DNA of 51,165 bases, taken from assembly GCF_001194135.2 (NCBI RefSeq), contig NC_068985.1:15149754-15200918 (forward strand), in the 5' to 3' direction. Origin of the DNA: Octopus bimaculoides. Its lineage: Eukaryota. Position numbers and translations under genes: made by a program. Under the pieces are notes generated by a model that did not search any database, was not told where the DNA came from, and was given only the letters and a program-made list of their open reading frames with translations. Shown piece by piece: positions 37,370 to 47,427 of this stretch (its first letter is position 1; the number at the start of each line of letters is the position of its first letter).

Positions 37370-37406
37370 TATGAGCATATATCACAAAAACCGTTGGTTA
37401 CTAATC

Positions 37407-37478
37407 GGTGAATTAGCTTACGTAGTAGAACGCTCGCATTGCATGAGAGAGGTACCTGAACGATACCCAGACCATCCA
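37407..37478 (+). pseudogene. tRNA-Ala(TGC) pseudogene
   Basis: Alignable, many substitutions. Confidence 0.75.
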
Positions 37479-37591
37479 ATGAAGCTACTTTCGTTTTTAA
37501 TATCTCGTCTGCTACTTGATTTCATTTAGTTTTTCAATCCACTGGATTTTTTAAAAATTTATGTGTATAACAAAAGCCTGTAAACGCTGAC

Positions 37592-37652
37592 CAGGTGGTA
37601 GAGTTCTCACCTTGCATGCGAGAGGTACCGCGATCGATACCCGGATTCTCCA
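37592..37652 (+). pseudogene. 5'-truncated tRNA-Ala(TGC) pseudogene
   Basis: T-arm and 3' end nearly intact, acceptor 5' strand missing. Confidence 0.78.
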
Positions 37653-37767
37653 ATGAAGCTGCTTTTGATTTTAATAACTTCTATATTACTTTATTTCAAT
37701 GAGTTTTGATATTCCGTGTTTGTTTTGAATTTCTCGTATGCACATGATACACATTGTGTCAATGACC

Positions 37768-37840
37768 GGGAAATTATCTCAGATGGTAGAATACTCGCTT
37801 TGCATTCGAGAGTTTCCGAGTTCAATACGCTTACTTTCCA
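37768..37840 (+). pseudogene. tRNA-Ala(TGC) pseudogene
   Basis: 73-nt alignable, T-arm decayed. Confidence 0.75.
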
Positions 37841-37962
37841 ATGAAGTTTCTTTTGCTTTTAATAACTTGCCTATAATTTGATTTCATTTTCATTTAGTTT
37901 TGAAATTCCGGGATATTTTGAAAATATTTCTTATACATAGAGAAATCCTTTATTCGCTAACC

Positions 37963-38035
37963 AGAGAATTATTTCAGATGGTAGGCCGATCACTTTGCAC
38001 GTGGAAGGTACCGGGATCGACGTCCGCATTCTCCA
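37963..38035 (+). pseudogene. tRNA-Ala(TGC) pseudogene
   Basis: 73-nt alignable, D and anticodon arms decayed. Confidence 0.75.
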
Positions 38036-38150
38036 ATAATACTACTTTTGTTTTTAATAACTTGTCTATTACTTGATTTCATTTAGTTTTGATAGACTGG
38101 CTTTGTTTTCAACATTTTATATGCACAACAAACTTCCTAAATCGGCGATT

Positions 38151-38223
38151 GGGGAATTAGCTCAGATGGTAGAGCGCTCGCTTAGCATGCGAGAGATACC
38201 GGGATCGATACCCGGATTCTCCA
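38151..38223 (+). tRNA. tRNA-Ala-AGC: tRNA-Ala(AGC) inside the tandem array, intact stems
   Basis: Consensus body with variable-loop AGATA instead of AGGTA; T4 at +11. Confidence 0.9.
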
Positions 38224-38475
38224 TTACAACTACTTTTGATTTAATTAATGCTCTTTCTACTATTTGATTCCTTTTACATTTATCTTGGAAATCCCGGGTT
38301 TTTAGGTGGTGGAACGCTTATCTTGTATTCTACAGGTACCGACATCGATGCTCGGGCTCTACAATGAATTGTCTTTTAGTATTAATAACTTGTCTATTAC
38401 TTGATTTCATTTTCTTTTGGTATTCTCGGTTTGTATTAAACTCGTCATATGCACTCGATACGCATTCAATCTTTA

Positions 38476-38527
38476 AAGCGCTCGCTTTGCATGTTAAAGG
38501 TAACGGGATCGATATACGGTTTCTCCA
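38476..38527 (+). pseudogene. 5'-truncated tRNA-Ala(TGC) pseudogene
   Basis: AAAGCGCTCGCTTTGCATGTTAAAGGTAACGGGATCGATATACGGTTTCTCCA. Confidence 0.72.
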
Positions 38528-38979
38528 ATAAAGCTACTTTTGTTCTTAATAACTTGTTTATTGCTTTATTCCATTTTCATTTACATTTGAAATTCCGAGA
38601 TTTTTTTTTTTTTTCATATACATAACAAAAACCTCTGGCCATTAACCGGGGAATTAGCTGTGTTTTACTAACATGCTTATTACTTCGTTTCATTTCTTCA
38701 GCCTTGAGTTGGTGAACTTTTTCCTTTTCCATATGAAAAGTAAAATAAGAATGGAGAGGAGATGCCTGTCGCACGGAATATTTCGGAAAAGATGGACGAC
38801 TGTAGCAAGAATTTTGAGAGTGAATGAACCTGTTTGAGCGAGAAATCAAAGAGCCTACCAAAGGATTCAATAGTTGGAATGTGATTTCTGGTGTCTGTTA
38901 CGTGCCTCACTTCATAATTGTTTTTTTCGTTCACTTTTGTTTTTCATCCGAATTTTATACTTATTTATCCTTGATTCTA

Positions 38980-39106
38980 CAGGGCATCCACAAAGTCTGG
39001 GTACAGGGAGTAAATAAAATCGAAACATAAACAATTAAATATAAGAAATAATAATTTCTTAAAGTATGTGTTAATCCCTATGTACCCAGATTTTGTGGAC
39101 ACCCTG
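38980..39106. mobile_element. 127-bp monomeric copy of the same MITE
   Basis: TA flanks (38978-79, 39107-08), same TIRs, one internal unit. Confidence 0.88.
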
Positions 39107-39281
39107 TATAATTATGTGTATCTTCATGTTGTTGTTCCATTTGTCCACCGACCCTTTGTCTGTCTTCGTATCGTCCACTATTTTTTTTACCTTTATGTTT
39201 AATAAAGAAAAGAGATTTGAAATACCGGGATTTTCTTTCTTTAATTTTCATGTACATGACAAAAACCTATAATCGCTAACC

Positions 39282-39356
39282 GGGAGATTCTCTCTCATGT
39301 GGTATGGCGCTCGCTTTGGATGCATGAGGGACAGGGGTCGATGCTCGGATTCTCCA
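39282..39356 (+). pseudogene. tRNA-Ala pseudogene
   Basis: Alignable, heavily substituted, ends GATGCTCGGATTCTCCA. Confidence 0.7.
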
Positions 39357-39450
39357 ATGAAGCTACTTCTGTTTTTAATAACTTGTTTATTACTTCATTT
39401 CATTTACTTTTGAAATTCCGGGTATTCTTTTTTATTTTCATATACATATA

Positions 39451-39727
39451 GGCGCAGGAGTGGCTGTGTGGTAAGTAGCTTGCTTACCAACCACATGGTT
39501 CCGGGTTCAGTCCCACTGCGTGGCATCTTGGGCAAGTGTCTTCTACTATAGCCTCGGGCCGACCAAAGCCTTGTGAATAGATTTGGTAGACAGAAACTGA
39601 AAGAAGCCCGTCGTATATATGTGTATGTATCTATATGTATGTGTGTGTATATGTTTGTGTGTCTGTGTTTGTCCCCCCAACTTCGCTTGACAACTGATGC
39701 TGGTGTGTTTACGTCCCCGTAACTTAG
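39451..39727 (+). mobile_element. SINE family A in the array spacer (runs into a gap)
   Basis: Near-consensus head directly after CATATACATATA. Confidence 0.9.
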
Positions 39728-40320
39728 NNNNNNNNNNNNNNNNNNNNNNNNNNNNNNNNNNNNNNNNNNNNNNNNNNNNNNNNNNNNNNNNNNNNNNNNN
39801 NNNNNNNNNNNNNNNNNNNNNNNNNNNNNNNNNNNNNNNNNNNNNNNNNNNNNNNNNNNNNNNNNNNNNNNNNNNNNNNNNNNNNNNNNNNNNNNNNNNN
39901 NNNNNNNNNNNNNNNNNNNNNNNNNNNNNNNNNNNNNNNNNNNNNNNNNNNNNNNNNNNNNNNNNNNNNNNNNNNNNNNNNNNNNNNNNNNNNNNNNNNN
40001 NNNNNNNNNNNNNNNNNNNNNNNNNNNNNNNNNNNNNNNNNNNNNNNNNNNNNNNNNNNNNNNNNNNNNNNNNNNNNNNNNNNNNNNNNNNNNNNNNNNN
40101 NNNNNNNNNNNNNNNNNNNNNNNNNNNNNNNNNNNNNNNNNNNNNNNNNNNNNNNNNNNNNNNNNNNNNNNNNNNNNNGCCGGGATCGATGCTTGGATTC
40201 TTCAATAAATCTTTTGTTTTTAATATCTTCTGTGTTACTTGATTTCATTTCCATTTCCTCTTGAAATTCTGTAATTTCTTTAATCTTTATGTAAATAACA
40301 AAAACTGGTCGGTCCTAGCC

Positions 40321-40393
40321 GGTCTATTAGCTCAGTTGGTAAAGCTTTTGCATTGCATTCCTGAAGTAGCGTATTTGATGCTCGGATTTTCTA
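40321..40393 (+). pseudogene. tRNA-Ala(TGC) pseudogene, last unit of the right arm
   Basis: TATTAGCTCAGTTGGTAAAGC...TTGCAT...GATGCTCGGATTTTCTA, then a ~19-bp tandem duplication of its 3' end. Confidence 0.68.
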
Positions 40394-40493
40394 ATAAAAT
40401 GTTCGGATTTTCTAATAAAATCTTGTTATTTGAAAAACTGAAGCATTCAAGAACAAAAATTAAAAAAGAAGCAGGAAACTGAACGATATTACT

Positions 40494-40566
40494 TGGAGAA
40501 TCCGGGCATCGATCCCGGTACCTCTCGCATGCTAAGCGAGCGCTCTACCATCTGAGCTAATTCCCC
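40494..40566 (-). tRNA. tRNA-Ala-AGC: tRNA-Ala(AGC), intact
   Basis: Identical to the 27580-27652 and 43293-43365 copies; T6 run ~27 nt downstream. Confidence 0.97.
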
Positions 40567-40982
40567 CAGATATGATTTGCAGTTTGGCATTTAAATATTT
40601 AAGTGTACCTTGCTCGTTTTCAATGTTATTGTTGGATATGCTTTACCTATTTTTTTCCCTTTATGTTTCATTTATTGAACTGAAGCCATACTGGAGCAGA
40701 TCGTCCAGGATGAATTAGTCGAGCAGATCATTCCCCAGTATTCATCTTTTAATTCTGGTATTTATTTATTATTTTCTCTTGCCGAACCGCTAGATTACGG
40801 GAACGTGTAATAATCTCAAACTGATTATCAAGCGGTAATGGAGAACAAACACAAACTCAAGGACACACACATACACACACAAACGTACGAGCGCGCGAAT
40901 ATCGAACGATGATGAAAAGCAAACGGCATAATCAGCCCACGCTTTAATATTCAAATACTAACAGAGAAAGCGAATCATCCTT

Positions 40983-41055
40983 GGGGAATTAGCTCAGATG
41001 GTAGAGCGCTCGCTTAGCATGCGAGAAGTGCCGGGATCGATGCCCGGATTCTCCA
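40983..41055 (+). tRNA. tRNA-Ala-AGC: tRNA-Ala(AGC), intact stems
   Basis: Consensus body with variable-loop AAGTG; long T-run ~22 nt downstream. Confidence 0.9.
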
Positions 41056-41519
41056 AATGGAATACTTTAAATAGTATTTTTTTTTTATTGATTGATAATA
41101 ATTGTTACAAGTCTCGAAATAACAGTCTTATTCTCGAGTTCATTCATTTGTTCTTTTTAATTTTTTTTTTTTTTTTGTTATATTTGAACATGCAATTTCA
41201 TAAGCCCTGAAAAAGATTTAAATATTTTAGCCGATACATATACACACGCGCGTGTCCATGTACACACATAAACAAATAATAGTGTGTGTTTATTTACAAT
41301 ATGTAGACTTGTTTGTGTATGTAATGTGGGAGTATGTATGTATGTATGTATGTATGTATGTATGTATTTATGTCCAGACATGCAGGAAGTAAATAGACAC
41401 CTTTAATTTTCAAAATCTTTTATCTAATCCGCAAAGCGAACAATTGAAATGTAATCGACAGGTAATACTACATAGTTTAGTACTTAGCTGACATTCCCTT
41501 TGCAGTTTTTAATTCAGAA

Positions 41520-41853
41520 ACACTTTTTGGCATTGGACTAATGAGCATTGTGATTGTCTCATGTGGATGTTTTCTTCAGCTGTTTTGCAATGTCATAAGC
41601 CTTCGAACGGGGTTCGTTTTCCACAAATCTTCAAACAGCGAAGCTTCCTTTCCGAGGGCCCAGGTCGGCCGGGACGAGAATCTGTTGATTCTTTTCCTTG
41701 GCTTTTGAATTGCACAATAATTCTATTAACAGTAGCAAGAGGAATTTGAAGATTTTCGGCAATTTTTCGCTGGCTAAGACCAGCCTCAGATTGCCCAACA
41801 ATACGACCTCTTTGAAAATCTGACAGTTCTGCTGAATTTTTTGTGCGTGGCAT
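41520..41853 (-). mobile_element. Tc1-like transposase N-terminal (paired HTH) fragment
   Basis: [53 protein letters not shown]...RPGRP, then a frameshift. Confidence 0.85.
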
Positions 41854-42143
41854 GGTTACTCTTCGCAGATGTTTAATATAATGNNNNNNNNNNNNNNNNN
41901 NNNNNNNNNNNNNNNNNNNNNNNNNNNNNNNNNNNNNNNNNNNNNNNNNNNNNNNNNNNNNNNNNNNNNNNNNNNNNNNNNNNNNNNNNNNNNNNNNNNN
42001 NNNNNNNNNNNNNNNNNNNNNNNNNNNNNNNNNNNNNNNNNNNNNNNNNNNNNNNNNNNNNNNNNNNNNNNNNNNNNNNNNNNNNNNNNNNNNNNNNNNN
42101 NNNNNNNNNNNNNNNNNNNNNNNNNNNNNNNNNNNNNNNNNNN

Positions 42144-42206
<63 letters not shown>

Positions 42207-42422
42207 AATTCACGAAAAATTAATTTGCCAAGGTGTCATTAATTCTATTATTATCAAAGGACATACTAAGTATGTCCTTTGATTAATTTCAATTTTAATT
42301 ATATGTATGTATATATATATATATGTATACATGTATATGTATGTGTATATATATATTATGATTGACCGTTGACTGGACACTGTTCAATTTTTTTCTCCGT
42401 GCTTTTCTCCTTGTCTCCGTAT

Positions 42423-42459
42423 TCTTTCTGTTGAAGAGCGTAGCTCGAAACGTCAAAGA
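42423..42459 (+). ncRNA. Minimal hammerhead-like motif with an altered core (CTGTTGA)
   Basis: Stem I TCTTT/AAAGA, stem II GAG-CGTAG-CTC, GAAACGTC; conserved A6 replaced by U. Confidence 0.55.
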
Positions 42460-42755
42460 CTTTCCGTATTCCCGAGCGTCATACTAATACATCCTTTTGT
42501 TATTTACACCACCTGTCCTCGTCTGTTGTTGTTTTTTCGTATATTCTCCCATATATATATATAATATACACACATACACCCGACGTGAGACGCCTCTGCA
42601 CCGAGGGATGCACCACTGTTGTACAGTATCTCAACGGTGAGAGATTGATGCGAGATGTGTCGAAACGATCGTTGTGAGCAATGAAGTTTCTCGTGTATTC
42701 CATTTTCTGTCTCTATCATTTTTTATATATGCGTATGTATATTATACATACATAC

Positions 42756-43205
42756 AGGTACAGCGTAACTGTAAGGTTAAAAAGCTTTATAACCATGTGG
42801 TTTCAGATTCAGTCCCATAAAGAGTCAACCTGGGTGTCTTATATTATAGCCTCGGGCCGACCTGCGTTTTGGTAGACGGAAATTGTGAGGAAGCTCCTCG
42901 TATATATATTCGTGTGCGTGAGTGTTCGCGCGTGCGCGCGTGTCTGTATATGTCTGGGGCGCGTGTGTGTGGAGATGGGTGTATAGGTCTTTGAGTTTGA
43001 TTTTGTTCTCCATCATCGCATGATATTCAGTTTCATTATTATTATACGTTCCTGTAACCTAGTGGTTCGGCAAAAGCAAAATGATAAATAAATACCAGAA
43101 TTAAAAGATGACTACTGTGGACGGTCTGCCCGACTAAATCCTTTTAGGTGTTGCTCCAGCATGGCTTCAGTTCAATAACTGAAACAAGTAAAGGACAAAA
43201 ATAAG
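42756..43205 (+). mobile_element. SINE family A, diverged
   Basis: ATAGCCTCGGGCCGACC, GGTTCGGCAAAAG, GCTCCAGCATGGC motifs in order. Confidence 0.72.
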
Positions 43206-43292
43206 TAAAACATATCCAACAGCAACATTGAAAACGAGCAGGGTAATCAGCCTACACTTAAATAATTAAATGTCAAAGTACAAAATATGTCT

Positions 43293-43365
43293 GGGGAATT
43301 AGCTCAGATGGTAGAGCGCTCGCTTAGCATGCGAGAGGTACCGGGATCGATGCCCGGATTCTCCA
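43293..43365 (+). tRNA. tRNA-Ala-AGC: tRNA-Ala(AGC), intact
   Basis: Exact consensus; T5 at ~+15. Confidence 0.97.
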
Positions 43366-43659
43366 AGTAATATAATTCATTTTTCTGATTTTTTTTTCTT
43401 TTTAATTTTTGTTCCTGTATGTTTCAGTTTTTCAAATAGCAACATTACACAAGTTCAAAATTTGTTTTTACTGAATATATTCGGTTATTGATCATTTATG
43501 TAAACCCCGCAAATTCATAAACGCTGAAGGACTTCAAATACAGAATGTTTCAGCTGACATGGGGAATAATGGAGGCAATGCTGAAGACGCATTCAGCGTT
43601 GAGAGATGGCAAAAGCTGAGCACAGAATACACACCAGTATGTGTGTGTGTGTGAGTGTA

Positions 43660-43774
<115 letters not shown>

Positions 43775-43957
43775 GTTCGTATGTATATATGTGTGTTGCT
43801 TGTGTGTGCGTGTGTTTGTCCACCATCACCACCACTACTTAATGACCTGAGTTGATTTATTTACGTCTCATTCAACAAGAGGTTCGGCAAAGGGAGTATG
43901 TAAGTGTTTATTTCGTCACCATAGCAACTGTGTTGTTACTCTATACGATGTATAATC

Positions 43958-44219
43958 TTTTACCTGTTAGTGGTTTCAGTCATTTGATCGCGGCTATACT
44001 GGAGCACCGCCTTGAAGGGTTTCAGTCGAACAAATATTCCCAACGACTTATTATTTTTCAAGACCTTGCATTTATACTCTCGGTCCTTTCTGCAGAAAGG
44101 CTAAGTTACGGGAACATAAACACACCAACACCAAACGTCAAGTGGTGGCAGGAGACAAAACAGACACAAAGACGCACACACATAGATGCATACATAGATA
44201 TATAGATACATACATATAT

Positions 44220-44255
<36 letters not shown>

Positions 44256-44409
44256 TCGACGAGCTTCTATTTTCCGTCTACCAAATCCACTCACCAGGCT
44301 TTGATCGGTCGAGGATATAATAGAATACACCTGCCCAATGTGCTACGCAGTAGGACTAAACCCAGAGCCATGTGGTTGTGAAGCAAGCTTCGTACCACAC
44401 TCCTGCGCC
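43958..44409 (-). mobile_element. SINE family A, diverged full length
   Basis: Ends ...CACTCCTGCGCC (head, reverse complement). Confidence 0.82.
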
Positions 44410-44476
44410 TTGTAATATATATGTAATCAGACACGTGTTGCTGGTGATATTTTTCTTGCTCTGGACTTATCACTTT

Positions 44477-44515
44477 TCTTTTCTGACGAAGAGAAATGCT
44501 CGAAACGTCAAAAGA
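44477..44515 (+). ncRNA. Minimal type I hammerhead ribozyme motif
   Basis: Stem I TCTTTT/AAAAGA; core CTGACGA; extra A; stem II GAG-AAATG-CTC; GAAA; palindromic ACGT stem III; GUC cleavage triplet. Confidence 0.72.
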
Positions 44516-44606
44516 CCCTCCCTTTTTTCGACCTTTATCGAACGTCAAACTAAATCATTCTATGTGTACGTCCCATTGTTGTTTTTCATGTTCGATCATT
44601 TGATTT

Positions 44607-44664
<58 letters not shown>

Positions 44665-44867
44665 CACTAGAGTTTTTATTTACAGTTTTCTTTTTTGTTC
44701 ATTTCGATAGTAAAAACAAAAATAGCTTTATTGGAGAATCCATCTTAGCTAATTCACCTGTTAGTACTCTCCGCTGTCTGATATCTATATCAAAGTTAAT
44801 AAAATCCCGGAATTTCAAAAGTAAGTGAAAGCAACAGACATGATATTTGAAATAAAAGTTACTTTAT

Positions 44868-44940
44868 TGGAGAATCCGGGCATCGATCCCGCTACTTCTG
44901 TCAGGCAAAGGGTACGCTGTAACGTTTAAGCTAATATCCC
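44868..44940 (-). pseudogene. tRNA-Ala(TGC) pseudogene
   Basis: T-arm intact (TGGAGAATCCGGGCATCGATCCCG), remainder decayed. Confidence 0.75.
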
Positions 44941-44971
44941 TGTTGGTAAGCGCGTCTTTATATTATTTATA

Positions 44972-45188
44972 TACTCTTTTACTCTTTTACTTGTTTCAGT
45001 CATTTGACTGTGGCCATGCTGGAGCACCGCCTTTAGCCGAGCAAATCGACCCCAGGACTTATTCTTTGTAAGTCTAGTACTTATTCTATCGGACTCTTTT
45101 GCCGAACCGCTAGGTTACGGAGACGTAAACACACCATCAGCGGTTGTCAAGCGATGGTTGGGGGACAAACACTGACACACAAACATAT

Positions 45189-45265
<77 letters not shown>

Positions 45266-45436
45266 CATATATACGACAGGCTTCTTTCAGTTTCCGTCTA
45301 CCGAATCCACTCACAAGTCTTTGGTCGGCCCGAGGCTATAGTAGAAGACACTTGCCCAAGGTGCCACGCAGTGGGTATGAACCCGGAACCATGTGGCTGG
45401 TAAGCAGGCTACATACCACACAGCCACTCCTACGCT
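44972..45436 (-). mobile_element. SINE family A, full length, in the outlying array spacer
   Basis: Tail TACTCTTTTACTCTTTTAC to head CAGCCACTCCTACGCT. Confidence 0.9.
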
Positions 45437-45570
45437 TATATCATAATTTTTTTTTTCAATCCCGGATTTAACAATTAAAGTACATTTGTTGGAGTACATG
45501 TTATTAAAAATAAAAGTACATTTATTGAAGTATCCAACAGACTAGAAATGGTTAACATAAGTAGCTTTAT

Positions 45571-45643
45571 TGCAATGTCCACGAACAAATACCGGTGCCC
45601 CTCGAATGCAAAGTGAGCTCGCTATCCTCTGAGCTAATGCACC
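45571..45643 (-). pseudogene. tRNA-Ala(TGC) pseudogene
   Basis: CTCGAATGCAAAGTGAG anticodon arm and CTGAGCTAAT D-arm, in array spacer context. Confidence 0.68.
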
Positions 45644-46021
45644 GAATTGTGCTCATCGGTTTTGTTATTCTTTTACTTTTACTCTTTAATCTTTTACTTG
45701 TTTCAGCCAAGCAGCTGCGGTCATGCTGGAGCACCGAATATAAAACTTTTTTAAATCTCAGAATTTTCAAAGTAAATGAAAATGAAAGCAAGTAATGGAT
45801 CATTGAAAACAAAAGTAGGTTTATTAGTGATGCATAAGTTTTTGTTTCAAATGGGATAGCCTAGTCTTAGATTTATACAAGGGTCGATAAAAGAAGTACC
45901 ATTTGAGCACTAGCATCCATGCAATCGATTTACCTCCGCCAAAATTGTTGGCCTTGTGCCAAAATTTGAAACATGATAACTCAAACAAATATAGTAGAGT
46001 TAACAATATTATAAGATAATG

Positions 46022-46094
46022 TGGAGAATCCGGGTATCGATCCCGGTACCTCTCGCATGCGAAGCGAGCGCTCTACCATCTGAGCTAATTCCCC
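46022..46094 (-). tRNA. tRNA-Ala-CGC: tRNA-Ala(CGC), intact
   Basis: Reverse complement has anticodon loop TTCGCAT; otherwise identical to 47004-47076; first T4 is ~58 nt downstream. Confidence 0.92.
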
Positions 46095-46140
46095 ATCAAC
46101 GATTGATTCTGTTTTCTTAATACTATATTAATAAATGCGC

Positions 46141-46577
46141 CAAGAGTTTATTAACAAATGCGTCGAGTTGGCAGAAACGTTAGCACGCCAGGCGAAATGC
46201 TTAGAAGTATTTCGTCTGTCTTTATCTTCTGAGTTCAAATGCTACCGAGGTCGACTTTGCCTTTCATCCTTTCGGGGTTGATTAAATAAGTACCAGTTAC
46301 GCACTGGTTTCGGTATAATCGACTTAATCCGTTTGTTTGTCTCTACTGTGTGTAGCCCCTTGTGGGCAGTAAAGAATTAAGAATCGTTAGCTCACCGGGC
46401 AAAATGCTTAGCAATATTTCGTCTGTCTTTATCTTCTGAGTTCAAATGCTACCGAGGTCGACTTAGCCTTTCATTTTTCAAGGGACGATAAATGAAGAAC
46501 TAGTTGAGCACTTGGGTCCATGTAATCGACCTACCCATCCCCCGAAATTGCTGGCCTTGTGTCAAAATTTGAAACAT
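46141..46577 (+). mobile_element. SINE family B dimer between tRNA genes
   Basis: Two monomers joined at AAGAATTAAGAATCGTTAGC. Confidence 0.82.
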
Positions 46578-46624
46578 AATAACTAAGACAAATATATTAG
46601 AATTAGCAAAATGATTGGGTAATG

Positions 46625-46697
46625 TGGAGAATCCGGGTATCGATCCCGGTACCTCTCGCATGCAAAGCAAGCGCTCTACCATATGAGCTAATTCCCC
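46625..46697 (-). tRNA. tRNA-Ala-TGC: tRNA-Ala(TGC), near-intact
   Basis: Loop TTTGCAT; D-loop G>T change and a U:G pair in the anticodon stem; T4 at ~+14. Confidence 0.85.
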
Positions 46698-46768
46698 ATC
46701 TCTTACTGATTCGCCTTTTCTTATGTATTAATACTTTATTAATAAATGTGTTAATACTTCGTTAATAA

Positions 46769-46945
46769 ACGTGGCGAGCTGACGGAATCGTTAGCACTTC
46801 GGGCAAAATGCTTAGTGGTCGAGGTCGACTTCGCCTTTCACCCTTCCGGGGTCAATAAAATATATGCTATTTGAGCTCTGGGGTCGATGTTATCGGCATA
46901 ACCCGCCCTCAAAACTGCTGGCCTTGTGCCAAATTTGAGACCATT
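46769..46945 (+). mobile_element. SINE family B, internally deleted
   Basis: GTGGCGAGCTGACGGAATCGTTAGC...GCCTTGTGCCAAATTTGA. Confidence 0.78.
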
Positions 46946-47003
46946 TATTAATATAGTATATATTTATTAATATAGTATTAAGAAAAGCTAAGTAACATCG
47001 TAT

Positions 47004-47076
47004 GGGGAATTAGCTCAGATGGTAGAGCGCTCGCTTTGCATGCGAGAGGTACCGGGATCGATACCCGGATTCTCCA
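47004..47076 (+). tRNA. tRNA-Ala-TGC: tRNA-Ala(TGC), intact
   Basis: GGGGAATTAGCTCAGATGGTAGAGCGCTCGCTTTGCATGCGAGAGGTACCGGGATCGATACCCGGATTCTCCA; T4 at +5. Confidence 0.96.
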
Positions 47077-47427
47077 ATCGTTTTGTTAGTTTTAATGTAT
47101 TTGTTTTATTTATTATTGGCTACGGTTAGCATATTTTAGTATCGAATATATTCACTGAATGAGCAGCTTATTTCAAACTATAAGTTCATAAACCTTGCAA
47201 AACTTTGAATACAGAATGTTTTTTTAGTTGAGGTCGCGAGTATCGAGTTGAGAGGGAAGTGGCCATTCAAGACTGAGATTGAGTGAAGACTCAGCTTCGT
47301 ATGAATGTGTACACACAGACACACGCATACACATACACACCCCCCCAAGTACAGATATCTAAACACCTATATATACTCATTTACATTATTTATGTGTGTG
47401 TATGTGTACGTGCGTATGTGTGTGTCT

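Larger units (their letters stand above)
35327..40421 (+). repeat. tRNA-Ala tandem array, right arm (~20 plus-strand copies or fragments, interrupted by SINEs, a MITE and a gap)
   Basis: Same unit in the opposite orientation; tRNA starts at 35459, 35647, 36231, 36399, 36587, 36638, 36805, 37407, 37768, 37963, 38151, 38648, 39282, 40321 plus 5'-truncated copies. Confidence 0.92.
44712..45815 (-). repeat. Outlying patch of the tRNA-Ala array
   Basis: Array spacer motifs (AAAAGTAGCTTTATTGGAGAATCC, CCCGGAATTTCAAAAGTAAGTGAAA) with decayed copies at 44732-44758, 44868-44940 and 45571-45643, split by a SINE. Confidence 0.82.

Noticed and set aside
32381-40421. Repeat-spacer periodicity resembling a CRISPR array
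   Set aside because: Repeats are 73-nt tRNA genes, spacers are homologous to each other, no cas genes, eukaryotic context
42500-42719. Short minus-strand ORFs in complex sequence
   Set aside because: No recognisable domain or splice signals; they run into microsatellite
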